Program-made: the position numbers and the translations under genes
Assembly (NCBI GenBank): GCA_003344405.1
Contig: NOWV01000028.1
Coordinates: 124,001-188,000 of the forward strand
DNA length: 64,000 nucleotides
From: Trichoplax sp. H2
Taxonomy: Eukaryota
Direction: 5' to 3'
Shown here: positions 1 through 12,900 of the stretch, one piece after another
Position numbering within the stretch: the stretch's first letter is position 1
How the letters are laid out: every line of letters starts with the position of its first letter
Notes under the pieces: model-generated
The model's database searches: none
The model's input: only the letters and a program-made list of their open reading frames with translations
What the model was told of the DNA's origin: nothing

Positions 1-80
1 ATGTATTTTCTATAGTAAAATAATACTAATTACATACTAAATAAAACTACAAAGGACTCTACTTTTAGTCCTTTTACTAC

Positions 81-586
81 ACGTGGACATTGATAAAGTA
101 ATGTAGCAAAGAGTATCCGTTTTGTCTTTTATGATCTAAGCTTTCTTGTGGCACGTCTTTCAGTTATAGATTTTTCTTAATCCTCCAAATAGTCTGTATA
201 TAATAGTAATGTGTATGCAATGCTAAAATATTGTACTTGCTAATGCTAAAGNNNNNNNNNNNNNNNNNNNNCAGTGCACATAAAGAAATAGTTTAAAGAT
301 ATATACTGTATTTAAGGTGCAATAATATTTATATATCAAGCAGCTTCCCTACTTGATTGTAATCTCATGTAACTGTCTAAAATTAATCATAATTCTTTAT
401 GCAAGAAAATCAAAAACGTGGACATTGATAAAGTAATGTAGCAAAGAGTATCCGTTTTGTCTTTTATGATCTAAGCTTTCTTGTGGCACGTCTTTCAGTT
501 ATAGATTTTTCTTAATCCTCCAAATAGTCTGTATATAATAGTAATGTGTATACAATGCTAAAATATTGTACTTGCTAATGCTAAAG
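81..586. other. Gap-flanking near-identical duplication (81-251 vs 416-586), probably uncollapsed haplotypes
   Basis: 171 bp nearly identical on either side of the gap at 252-271, with different sequence upstream of each copy. Confidence 0.75.
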
Positions 587-1268
587 CATTTATTGCCCTA
601 TTTTATCAGTTATGTACACTAATTATAAAGTCTATAACTTGCTAGTATAATTAATTAAGTAAAGTAGGTTTTGCATACTTTGTTTTTATATAAATTCTAT
701 TAGTTGAGCAATGCAGTATTGCTGCTTTCAAAACTATCCAATTTTCCGGGCAATATAGGGTTCGATGTCAAATTTTTATGTTTAGCATAATAGATGTTTT
801 AATGTTTAATTTCAATATTTAATACTATTATTGCATTATTTACTTCGTACAACACATCAATTGGCAAACTAATTCCCATATTAAATTATTCTAGACTACA
901 GAATGAGAAACGCCAATAAGGATCAAGATGGATCTTATTCATAAGAAATCAATATTGTAATTTTGTCACTTTAATATATCCAATTATCATCAGCCCATTT
1001 AAATATGCGACAATATAGAAAGATATAGACTCTACGCTTGATATAGGATATATAAATTATGGTCTAATATATATCTTACATTCATCCGGCATTTTCTTTG
1101 TAAATCTTTTTCAGTATCAGCTGGCATGTAAAAGAATTTTATTGTGGCGATTCCGATAAAAATCTATTATCTACAAAAGTAAAACCTTCTTGTAAAGAAT
1201 TCGGTTAACCATTATATTGTCAACAAAGATATTTCTCATTTAGATCTCGTGAACTAACTGCTACAAAA

Positions 1269-2201
1269 ATGAATAACGTAACAGTTTCAGTTGAAACTTA
1301 CGATGCGCTATCGGTCGTATTTCGGATATTTACTATATCTGTAGGTTCTGCAATACTGGTGAGTGATGCATTTTTATTCGTATTTATTTTGTCGTATAAG
1401 AGTTTAAGAACTCCGTCGAATTTGGTGGTAGTCTCTATGGTTGTAGCTTCAATAATGATGGCAATCACCTTTGTTCTACCAATGGCAATATTTATAGATA
1501 CGACAGGAGAAATATCCAACGATATGATATGTGCTATATTAATGCCTCTAGGTGAATGTTCGTGCCTTATTGTCAATATTCATAACTGCTTACTATGCAT
1601 CGAACGCTATCTCTATCTCATTCATCCTTTCTTCCATCAACGATTTATTAGTAGTAAATTCGTAGTAATAACTATTGCAGCCATTTGGATCTTGAGTACT
1701 TCTTTGATCTATCTGATCCGTGGTGTTACTAAAGAATTAAATTACCCTGATTGGAGAATTGATTCCGAAAAATCTCATCAACATCTCACTACTTTAAGTA
1801 TTTTCGGGGCCCTGATGATTGGCCTTCCGCTGTTAACAATGATTACAACCTACAGCAGATTGCTTTACTTCATATCGCAACACGTTAAACGTATAGATAG
1901 TGAAGTAAGTCAATTTAATGGAGAAGTTGTTCCTAGTAATAGACGCCGATCTATGGCAAAAATGATTTTCTTAATTGGTGTATTTACGCTGTGCTGGCTA
2001 CCATTCTTCATATATATTGTATTGAATTTCATTTTAGGTGTCTATTCCGAGATATTAAATGTTATACGTAGTCTCAGCATAGCTATAGTTTCTCTGTATG
2101 CCTTAATAGGGCCTCTATGCTATGTTTCTTGCAGTCCTGATATCACAAGTAAGTTAAGAGCTTGGAGAAAGAAACATTACTCTACCAGCTGCAAACTTTA
2201 A
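1269..2201 (+). CDS. Intronless rhodopsin-like (class A) GPCR, orphan, 310 aa
   Basis: Seven hydrophobic segments; LRTPSN in ICL1, Cys at top of TM3 (MICAIL), CIERY (E/DRY), TM4 Trp (AAIW), TM5 GLP...Y, TM6 FTLCWLP, TM7 GPLCY (degenerate NPxxY); N-terminal sequon NVT. Confidence 0.9.
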   Translation: MNNVTVSVETYDALSVVFRIFTISVGSAILVSDAFLFVFILSYKSLRTPSNLVVVSMVVASIMMAITFVLPMAIFIDTTGEISNDMICAILMPLGECSCLIVNIHNCLLCIERYLYLIHPFFHQRFISSKFVVITIAAIWILSTSLIYLIRGVTKELNYPDWRIDSEKSHQHLTTLSIFGALMIGLPLLTMITTYSRLLYFISQHVKRIDSEVSQFNGEVVPSNRRRSMAKMIFLIGVFTLCWLPFFIYIVLNFILGVYSEILNVIRSLSIAIVSLYALIGPLCYVSCSPDITSKLRAWRKKHYSTSCKL

Positions 2202-3669
2202 ATTACCTTTATTCAAATATACGCTTCCTGGTTGGTAGTGATTAACAAATAACAATATTTAGCGGATTTAGGTATTTTTAGTATTATGCTACATTACGTA
2301 AAATGATTGTAGTAATATGGCTAAGTAATAGATTGTTTAAGCAAAAATTCTACACAATTGTAAATCTTTTTACTCTTAAAGAAATAAATCGATGATCAAT
2401 CTCTACAAAGCCTACATATTGTTGCATCAAATTTTCATATAATGATGAGTTTTTCACCTTACTTATAAATTACGACCTATACTACCTGAGGATGTAAACG
2501 TCTTAGCGGTATCTATAAAATAATAATTATATTCTTTACCGGAAAATAGTTTTTCAATACTAATAGAATTATTGGGCTAGATACCATTTATAATTTAGTA
2601 CATTATTAACGGCGCGGCGCTAAGCTATTTTTATATCTGAAAGTATTATTATGACAGTAGGATTCGAAGTTAGACGAAATCTATAATCACGATTCCTGAT
2701 TGCCGAAATAGGTATCGCAGTCTAATGTGTTAGGTCAAATTAAATCGTAAACAAATAATAGTACACATCTTACTAGTAATCTATACCTAGAGCTAATTCT
2801 AATTTATTAATTAAACGACTAATTATTTGCTATAAAATGTTAACAGTATACGAAAATGGTTATATAATCTATCATCAAAGTGATGAGTTATCTAGTGTTA
2901 GGAACGAAGTCTCCAGCTGATCATGATGGATGATGCAATCTTAAAGCTATTATACGCTTTAGTAAGAACACTTAAATATTATATAATCGGAACAAAAGCG
3001 ACTATTTCAACAATATTTATAGGCACTGTAGTGAAATGGCTGTAATCAAATGCCTGCATTATCATACCTGTATAATCGTACAGCTTCTATTAGTTATCCT
3101 TGCCCTTGTCTTAAAACTTGCGTCCATTTCAAACAAAACAGAAACGATTACCCGTACTATCGAGAAAATTTATCTAATTTTAGGATTGAATAAGCATATA
3201 TCTCCTGATAGTTATTTACGTGGATTTATTGGCCATTTGAATAGTCACAAGCATTATATGAACTATTTTAATTGGCCCATTAAAGTATTATTCTAGTCAC
3301 CGTTGGTTCAACAACTTTCTTTAGAAAAATATTTTATGAATCCATAATTAAAGAGGTGTAGTTTACATTGCCTCTCTATTTGAATTCTTTGCTAACAAGC
3401 AGTACTATAATTCTCATAAACATTTAAAATTTCGCAAGGCATAAATATTATCATCAAAACGCCAATAAAAGTATAGTTTATAAACTGTTCTAGATTACCT
3501 CGAATAAGTAATTCATATCTTCACTAAATAACATCCAAATGCAGAACCATACGCTGATATGATAATGTTTACTAGGTTTAAATACAGCTAATAGGTTGTT
3601 TCTAACGGAAAAAATTAATTTTAGGCTGTGCATATTATGACATAGAATTGTATATCAATTACTGGCTTT

Positions 3670-3860
3670 AAAGTGTATCAATCAATGCACATGATGACAT
3701 TTATGACCTTTAATTTACAGTTTATGGGAATTAAAGTCTATTTCATCCGGTCCCTAAGTCATTTGGATGTCAATTGCTGACATTAAAATGTATCGATACA
3801 CATAATGACCTTGATGACCGTTAATATGCAATTTACGGGAATTAACGTCAATTTCATTTA
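3670..3860. repeat. Degenerate two-copy tandem duplication, period ~111 bp
   Basis: ATGAC..T.ATGACC.TTAAT...TTTA.GGGAATTAA.GTC.ATTTCAT near 3690-3746 and 3802-3857. Confidence 0.65.
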
Positions 3861-4641
3861 ATGTTCCTACATCATGAATAAACTTATCTGACGTATTTAA
3901 TGCATGACTTAATAATTGCACAGATAAACTTTTATATTGTTCTTATTTGATTTAATTTGTAGTATCAAAATCTAAATTAAATAATTGGTACTGCATAATA
4001 AATAGCAAATTTCTTCTTAGAAATCTATGACAATAATTATTAAAATTTTATCAACATTAGTATTTTACTTCATTTTCGAAAACTCTATTTTCTCTGCAGT
4101 TTTCTCAGCTGCACGTGCGATATTTATGACCTATTATATACTCAAATAAATATTGTTATTAGTGGTAGACATTATGGTGCAGCATTCAACACTTTGAAGT
4201 TTTTATATTTTATAATTATAAAATCGTTTTCGGAGTTGGTATTTTTGATTAGCTTAATTCGCTAATATGATTCCTTTTCACAGTACAGAAATAGTAATAA
4301 ATAAGCAGATACTTAAAAACAAATTTCATTCATAGATAGCCTACACGTATATCGATAGCCACTTTTCATATAATGTAGGTGGATTAATCGCTTTATCACT
4401 AACCACTTATTAATATCGATCCTACCGATTTAATTTACGGAATGCAGCAGCTATTGTTTCAAATGGATAATTATTGATATTATTGGCCGCAAACTGTCTT
4501 GGTAAAGATGGACGAGCATAACAGTTCATTGGCCTGATTTAATGAAAATCATCCATATCCGCTGCCTGGACTTACTAATCGGTACGGTAGGATTCCCATA
4601 ATTATTCATTCTTGGTAGTCTGCTTTCCTGATAAATTACAC

Positions 4642-6596
4642 TGTTACAGTGTTAAATACTGTATTACAGTAGAAATATCTATGTTAGGATAATTCTGTTA
4701 GACTATCCTTACTTAGTTAATTGAAATTAATAGTTATAATAGGGAATGCAAATCATCTACTTACAATTCGAATCATTGTGATTGTAATTTACTTATGGTA
4801 GACTGTAAATTATCATGGAAATGTTCCGTGATAGGACATATCGTAATCTGACTATTCTGTATTAGTCATTACATGTCTATGTTCGTAAATACTGTTGTCT
4901 GCATTAAGGGAGCAGTAGCTAAAATTAATATCTAATTCAGTAAATGATTCTAATGTTAATTGTATTAACTATGACTCATGAACTATTGAGGNNNNNNNNN
5001 NNNNNNNNNNNCAGCTGCACGTGCGATATTTATGACCTATTATATGCTCAAATAAACATTGTCATTAGTAGTAGACATTATGGTACAGCATTCAACACTT
5101 TGAAGTTTTTATATTTTATAATTATAAAATCGTTTTCGGAGTTGGTATTTTTGATTAGCTTAATTCGCTAATATTATTCCTTTTCACAGTACAGAAATAG
5201 TAATTAATAAGCAGATACTTAAAAACAAATTTCATTCATAGATAGCCTATATCGATAGCTACTTTTCATATAATGTAGGAGGATTAATCGCTTTATCACT
5301 AACCATTTATTAATATCGATCCTACCGATTTAATTTACGGAATGCAGCAGCTATTGTTTCAAATGGATAATTATTGGTATTATTGACCGCAAACTGTCTT
5401 GGTAAAGATGCACGAGCATAACAGTTCATTGGCCTGATTTAATGAAAATCATCCATATCCGCTGCCTGGACTTACTAATCGGTACGGTAGGATTCCCATG
5501 ATTATTCATTCTTGGTAGTCTGCTTTCCTGATAAATTACACGTATTTTAATATTCTCACGGATAACTCATATTCGTCATAAGTGATCTTAATACGGACAG
5601 TTTAAATAATTTATAGGACTAACTAAGAACAAATCAATATTTATCCTTCCCGCTCAATGAAATAAGTTGAATGATTTTTCACCCTTATTTACTTCACATT
5701 ATTTATAGCAAAGCTGCTATTAGCTAGGACATATAAAGATAATCTTCTGGTTATTAATGACCGATTCTATAAAGCACTGCAATTAGATGGTTATTATCGA
5801 TCATAATCTGCGAATGCTAAATCTTATTAGAATATCGAAATGTAAAGACCTTCAAGCATTTTGTGGTAGATCTACGTATATACTTGTTATTCTATCGATG
5901 ATGCTGCACTATCAACGAATTAAAGAGTAGAGTATGTAGAATAAATAAATATTAATTACAGTATATCAAAGATGTCATTTATTACGAAAAATAGAGGCTC
6001 AAATATTTAATCTTAATTAGCATCAACGATGGTATACATTATGCCACTATCAGAACCTTGAAACTGTCATCAACTAGAAGCTTCAAAGCTACTTATAATA
6101 TAATAGATTATATTTTACGAATGTTCGTTGTTAACTGAGAATTACTTTAATGTTTTTGTACTGCTGATCATTTGAAATCTTTATTTAAAACCTGCAGCTT
6201 ATGATCATGCTTTATGCCTGACTTNNNNNNNNNNNNNNNNNNNNCTATTCTGTATTAGTCATTACATGTCTATGTTCGTAAATACTGTTGTCTGCATTAA
6301 GGGAGCAGTAGCCAAAATTAATATCTAATTCAGTAAATGATACTAATGTTAATTGTATTAACTATGACTCATGAACTATTGAGGAATAGTATATAAATGC
6401 AGTATATCGTGAAATAAAAGTGAATTCTCCAACTTAGTGTTTAACGTAAAATACGAGGCGTTTAAGTCTTTGTGTAGTCTGCTAGTAGAGCAAAAGTGTT
6501 TGTGATAGTGCAGATATCGTTCCTTGATACGTGGTTCAAGGAATTGACTTATTGATCGTATATTGCGTTATCTTGTTGCAAAGCTGTTTTGAGACA
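4642..6596 (+). mobile_element. Solo LTR-like element (~562 bp) split across two gaps: 5' part 4642-4991, 3' part 6245-6596; the contig between is the empty allele
   Basis: Begins TGTTACA, ends AAAGCTGTTTTGAGACA; TACAC on both sides (4637-4641, 6597-6601) and once at the empty site (5537-5541); the two parts overlap (4852-4991 vs 6245-6384); TATATAAA at 6390, AATAAA at 6413. Confidence 0.8.
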
Positions 6597-7889
6597 TACA
6601 CGTATTTGAATATTCTCACGGATAACTCATATTCGTCATAAGTGATCTTAATACGGACAGTTTAAATAATTTGTAGGACTAACTAAGAACAAATCGATAT
6701 TTATCCTTCCCGCTCAATGAAATAAGTTGAATGATTTTTCACCCTTATTTACTTCACATTATTTATAGCAAAGCTGCTATTAGCTAGGGCATATAAAGAT
6801 AATCTACTGGTTGTTAATGACCGATTCTATAAAGCACTGCAGTTAGATGGTTATTATCGATCATAATCTGCGAATGCTAAATCTTATTAGAATATCGAAA
6901 TATAAAGACCTTCAGGCATTTTGTGGTAGATCTACGTATATATTTGTTATTCTATCGATGATGCTGCACTATCAACGAATTAAAGAGTAGAGTATGTAGA
7001 ATAAATAAATATTAATTACAGTATATCAAAGATGTCATTTATTACGAAAAATAGAGGCTCAAATATTTAATCTTAATTAGCATCAACGATGGTATACATT
7101 ATGCCACTATCAGAACCTTGAAACTGTCATCAACTAGAAGCTTCAAAGCTACTTATAATATAATAGATTATATTTTACGAATGTTCGTTGTTAACTGAGA
7201 ATTACTTTAATGTTTTTGTACTGCTGATCATTTGAAATCTTTATTTAAAACCTGCAGCTTATGATCATGCTTTATGCCTGACTTGTTATGCATTGCAATG
7301 ACTATAAGTACATGTCATTACTACTGTCATCCTAATTATTTGGCTTGGGGCAGTTAAATTTTATCATCTAGCCGATTATTTGCAGCTTCTACTACTACAG
7401 TACATGCTATAAGGTAAGTTTTACGCCAGTGTGACAAAGATGCTTCAAAATATTAAAACAAGAACTAGTATTTCTTTGAAACATTACTTTATTACATAAA
7501 TTTGACTCGTATATTAATACCAAAGACTATCTGCCTTCAATCATACCTCGCTAATGAAGTCGCGACATCAAGCTAAATCGACTATCACATGATCTCTAAT
7601 TATTTATTTTTAATTATAATTATTAACCATCACTTCTAAGCAAAGCGTCGCAGGTAATTAATTCATCCTAGTGAAAATTTATTGGCACGATATTTTAATA
7701 CCTAAAAATATTTTAATATATTCGCCACCGAAAGAAGCTACAACAACATGTCTTCAAGATCATTTATTCTAGGAATAGCTAGTCAGAATCTTATAATCCA
7801 ACTTTCGACTTGACTATTTTCGCATGGTCTTATAATTTTTGTTGTAAGCTAATTTTTGGGGTTACACTGCAGCTGGTCTGATTGAAGAT

Positions 7890-9065
7890 AAATAAGTATA
7901 GAAATTTTACCCCATGTCGTCTCTACTATCATGACCTTTATTTTATGACAAGCAGGTTATCTTATCTTACTATTTTATTATATACGTACGGTATATAATT
8001 ATTTACAGCGTCAAAGTTATAGTCTATCACCAGAGGTAAATTACTATTGCACATGAATCCTACTCTTGTTGGTGCTGTCATCGTGACATTGATTTCATTA
8101 AAGCTTAGTTCAAAAAGTTACAAATTCCTTATAGTTTTTAAATTCTTTTCCATGCTGCTGATTATTATATTAGCATATAAATTATTTACGGCGTCAAAGT
8201 TATAATCTACGATTAGCTGTAAATTTTGTGCTTGCCTCACTAGGAAACTACGATAAATAACTGTCGTACGTGAATTTTCTACCCTTGTTGGCTCCATGGT
8301 CGTGACATTTATTTTATTATAAATACCTTAGTTCGACGTGTTACTAATTCCTCTAGTCTTTGAGTTCTATTCTACGTTGGCGATTATTATTTACTAATGA
8401 GATTATTTGCGGCGTCAAGTTATAACTGACGATCAGCGGTAAATTTTGTGCTTGCCTCATTACAAGTGAATAAGTATCGTATATAAATTTTCTACCCTTG
8501 TTGGCACTGTCAACGTGAATTTATTTTATGATAAATAGCTTAGTTCAGCGTATCACTGATTTCTTATGTTCTTTGATTTCTATTCTACGCTCCTGATTAT
8601 TATGCACCCACATAATTATTTAAAGCATCAAAGTTATAAGGTCATCTACGACCAGAGGTATATTTGTGCTTGCCTCATTACAAGTGAATAAAAACTATAG
8701 CATATATGAATTTTCTACCCTACTTGGCACTGTTCTTTTGAGATTTATTTCATTATAGATAGCTTAGTTCAACATATTACTGATTTCTTGTAGTTTTGAG
8801 TTCTATTCCATACTGGTGATTATTATAAATGTGTATAGTTATTTACATTGAGGATATAGAGTATCATACATAAATTCTACTGCTGTTGGCAGCGTCGCCG
8901 TGACATTTATTTCATGACGGATATCTTAGTTCAACGTGTTATTGATTCTTTGTAGTCTTTGAGTTCTATTCTATGACGAATTAGTGCAAACTAGATGCTT
9001 ATCTTACAGTAAGTAAACAACTACATGAATTCTCCCCTTGTCGTCTTTACGATCGTGACGTTGTT
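7890..9065. repeat. Degenerate tandem repeat, about 7 units of ~150-220 bp
   Basis: Recurring blocks GAATTTTCTACCCTTGTTGGC...CGTGACATTTATTT...AGCTTAGTTCAAC...GAGTTCTATTC...GCGTCAAAGTTATA; anchors near 7903, 8055, 8272, 8486, 8709, 8872, 9027. Confidence 0.85.
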
Positions 9066-9951
9066 GGTCTTAAGTGTGACCAAATCTTGACTCCTAATAA
9101 GGGCGATTGCGGTACCAGTCGCCACTGAAAAAATAGCTAGAAAAGGTAGTACTCCCCCATTAATAAGTCGATTAACGTGATTAGATGATATTCATGGAAA
9201 AAATTCCTTTCTGTCGTTGAATAATCTTAACTTGAGCTCCAAACTTAGTCCATAGTAGTTCTATTAAGAACAGTTTTATCAATAGAATAGAATTTTTCTT
9301 TATCATTTGAAGGCTAATTTGTTTATTATTACTTATTTGTATGCAGCATAGATTAGAGACCTTTCCTACCTAGTGTTTACTGTTATTTACGTAGATTATT
9401 CGAGTAAATCGTATTTAAAGCTAATAATACAGTCAAAGTGCATAGTCCTACAAGGCAATATCATCAAACTTTCATATGACTACGAGTAAATTTACTAAAT
9501 CAGTCAGGCGGCCTTCTTCTTACACTAGGCCAAAAACGTCAATTATGATTAATTGTCGAAATCCACTCATTAACTCATAAAAAATTCGCTAAGGCATACT
9601 ACATGAAGCTGAAAGATTTACATTAATAATTGTAGTTTTATTGCATAAGTATCATCTAGTAGCTTAGGAGACTCATAACTAATCGACTTACCGATCGAAC
9701 TGGCATCATGCTTATATGAATTCGTGAATAAATTAAAGATATTATTAACTGATGAATAATAATTATTATTATTAAGCTAAAAGTTTTCATTTATTATATT
9801 TTAGTATGAGTAATCAATGATTGGATATGAGTCTCCCAATACTAGTATATCCTCTGAATCTTATTAATGGTATGCATTTTATGCACCATTAGTATGAACT
9901 AGTATCGCAGCTTTTACCCTACTGAAAATTTAATACTTCGATTTACTAAAG

Positions 9952-12900
9952 ATGACAATGAAGAAATGGTCAATGATAACACCTTTGATTTTATTAATCA
10001 CATTAGGTAAGATTTCATCATTAGAAAATTATATAACCTTGCATAGTTAGCGTAGTTTTATAAAGAAGGTTCATTCAATTTAGGATCGGACTACGGTAAC
10101 TTCTTTGCCGATAGAGTTAAATATTTCACGTGTTTGGATCAATGCCGATATCATTAAGACCAAAAGCAAATCTTGGCAGTTGCAAATCCAAAAGTAGTAT
10201 TAAAAAGCTTCATTTTTGAGTAATGTACTTGCCGGTACCCCGTTAAATCTCATACGATAGACATAAGGCGAAATGTAATCCGTCTTATTCGTTTACATTA
10301 GAGTTTCGTTAATGTCTCATACTTGTTACATTTCAAATATCGTCTATCAATCCATGAAAGCATATAATTATATTTTTAAAATATTGGAAATAAGAATGCT
10401 ACCCTCAATCAAATATTCCAAGAGTGCATATGATTGTTTAATCCAATCTATTACGATCAAGCTATATGTTTTACGTAAATGATCCAGAAATTATTCATCT
10501 CTTACAAAGAATGACTATTTACTTTTTTCAGTACTCGAACTAACAGTTTAATGCTTCACGAATAATTTAATTCATCTTATTCTCAGATTTTATTAAAGTG
10601 AATGATTACGACAAATCTCTATTATGTGTTTGATTGAAGCTAGCAAACCTAGTAAAATTAGACAACATATAGTATTATATGACCATTCTTGCTGGATTTG
10701 ATCCCTTTCGAAACAACATATAGTTTGCTCGGTTAGTGCATTACACGTTTACTATCATTTCTCGTTATCATTTAAATCCGATATTTCATAAAGTTCAGAA
10801 TCGTAAGAGCTTTACTACTTATGATTTGTCTCTGTTTGAAGTCTCTTATAAAATCATCGGCTTGAAATGATTTCACGTTATTGCCATTTTTGTTCTGATG
10901 TTTAATACTCATATGTAATATGGGGCGCGCTAGAAAATGTTAGGGTAGAGCTATTAGGACTTGTTTGACTTTGAAGCTGTTCGTAATTATAGTTTAGGAA
11001 GCCTCTGGTATACAGTGTGTTATTATTAACCTGGACAAATTAAGATTCTACTCGCAAGATTAACTTATCAAATCTATTTTCAGATTTAATTTGGAAATGC
11101 TTTTCTTAAAATTATTTTATATTAACTTAGTTATTATTCACTGCACATAGTAAAATATCCACTGTTATCCAACAGTCAATCAACTAGAGTATTCAGAGTA
11201 TCCACACCAGCAAGGTAAAAGTAATGTATTTAACTACAAAATTTTATTGATATCATAAGCTTAGTACCACTAGTCACGTAGATGCTGTGCTTTCTAGATG
11301 TTGATAAGGCATAAAAAATCTGTACTTAATGAAAACTATAAAAGCGGCTACCGAGTAGTCAGTACTATATTTCGTTATAACTAATATATATCAATTATTT
11401 CCATTAACTGATTATAAATTATTATGAAAGTATTATGGTACAGAATAATCGATGCCATGCTTCGTTATAATCAGTATATCAATTATTCTCTTTAAATGAT
11501 TGCAAATTATTGTCAAAGTACCTCTGGATTTGGTAATCCAGCCGCTGGTTACTGCTCTCAATATAGTGGTATTGCTTGCAAAAATATCAAGGCTTTGCGA
11601 AATGAAACCACCTTGGTATGGACAGATTATAATTACTCCCATCTGGAACTGGATAATGTTATTAACAGCATTTTCCGAGATATTGAAAACGATAAAGATG
11701 GCTTTCCTTTAAGTAAGTAGAATATTTTATCCAGCCTATAGGATTCCATTTCATCCCTGAATGCTATAGTAAAGGATTCACTTTATGATAATGAGTCCGA
11801 CGAATGAGTGTAACATACGTATATTGAGATTTTACTTTCACATCGCAAATATACAAGTGAAATGATCTCAAAATATTAATTTTGTATAGTTAACCCAGCG
11901 TTTAACAAGATAATTTTTACTATCAGCAATAAATGCTGCAGCATACAAGAAAAGATTTAGCTGCAACTCTAGTATACTCGTTGATATATAAATTAATTAA
12001 TCGAGTCTCATTAAGCCTTACTTTATCTTTCATATCTTTTTATATAATTCGTGAAACCGAGCATCAATAACTTTCTATAAAGGTTAAGCTATATATTACT
12101 AAACGAAATCGCTTGCAATGTAGAAATAAATTCTCATTTGTGAGAAATAGCAGTATAGAAACTCTAGCTACCAGTCGATTAAATCTGATTGAAGTAATAG
12201 AATTGTTGGCCATATTGTCTGTTACTGAATTAGATGAATGTAGTCTCATTCAACTGAAAAATTCACATTATACCATCGATGAAATAATTTAATACGATAA
12301 AAACGCAAGTAAGAACATTAGGATAACTGTATATCGAGACCACGAAATTCATTGTTGCTGCTACTTGTGCTTAATGAACTAGAAAATGGATGTCTAGAGA
12401 TCTCCAAGGAAGTAATTTGCACAATCGTATTTCCACCTTGTGATAATGAACGCATTTGTCGCCAAGGCTGCAAGGTAGCTCTGGAATTATGTCCGATCGA
12501 ATGGGGTCGTTTAGCTATTCATGCTTATAGTAATACCTATGGGAAAGGAATTATTCCTACCCATACATATATACCCAGGAACTGTTCTTATTTCTCTACC
12601 AAGCAGCCATGCCAACTACTGTTCAATGAAATCTCTGCAGGTAAATATAAAATGTGTTAAATAACTGGCGCTATTGCAGTTCGAAAAGAATATTGTAATA
12701 ACTAATACAAAAGAGATAGAGTCAAGCATCGATGCTTGCTCACTTTATTCTAGGACATGTATTTCATCTAATCGAAAATTATACCGTACTTTAACTTTAC
12801 ACATGATAAAATATTTGCCGGTTGATATTAGTAATCTACGTTACGAAGTAAGTTGCCTATAGTAACTATTATTATAATCCTTGATTGCAAGTACCTTGTA

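Noticed and set aside
1298..1576. Antisense or overlapping short ORFs (also 17662-17886, 33094-33375, 51504-51710, 58248-58433)
   Set aside because: Shadows of real coding exons with no independent support.
4106..7284. True segmental tandem duplication
   Set aside because: Near-identical copies break at N gaps and resolve cleanly into two alleles differing by one TSD-flanked insertion.
7890..9065. Repeat array as a CRISPR-like locus
   Set aside because: Whole 150-220 bp units are homologous; no short identical repeats with unique spacers, no cas genes, eukaryotic context.
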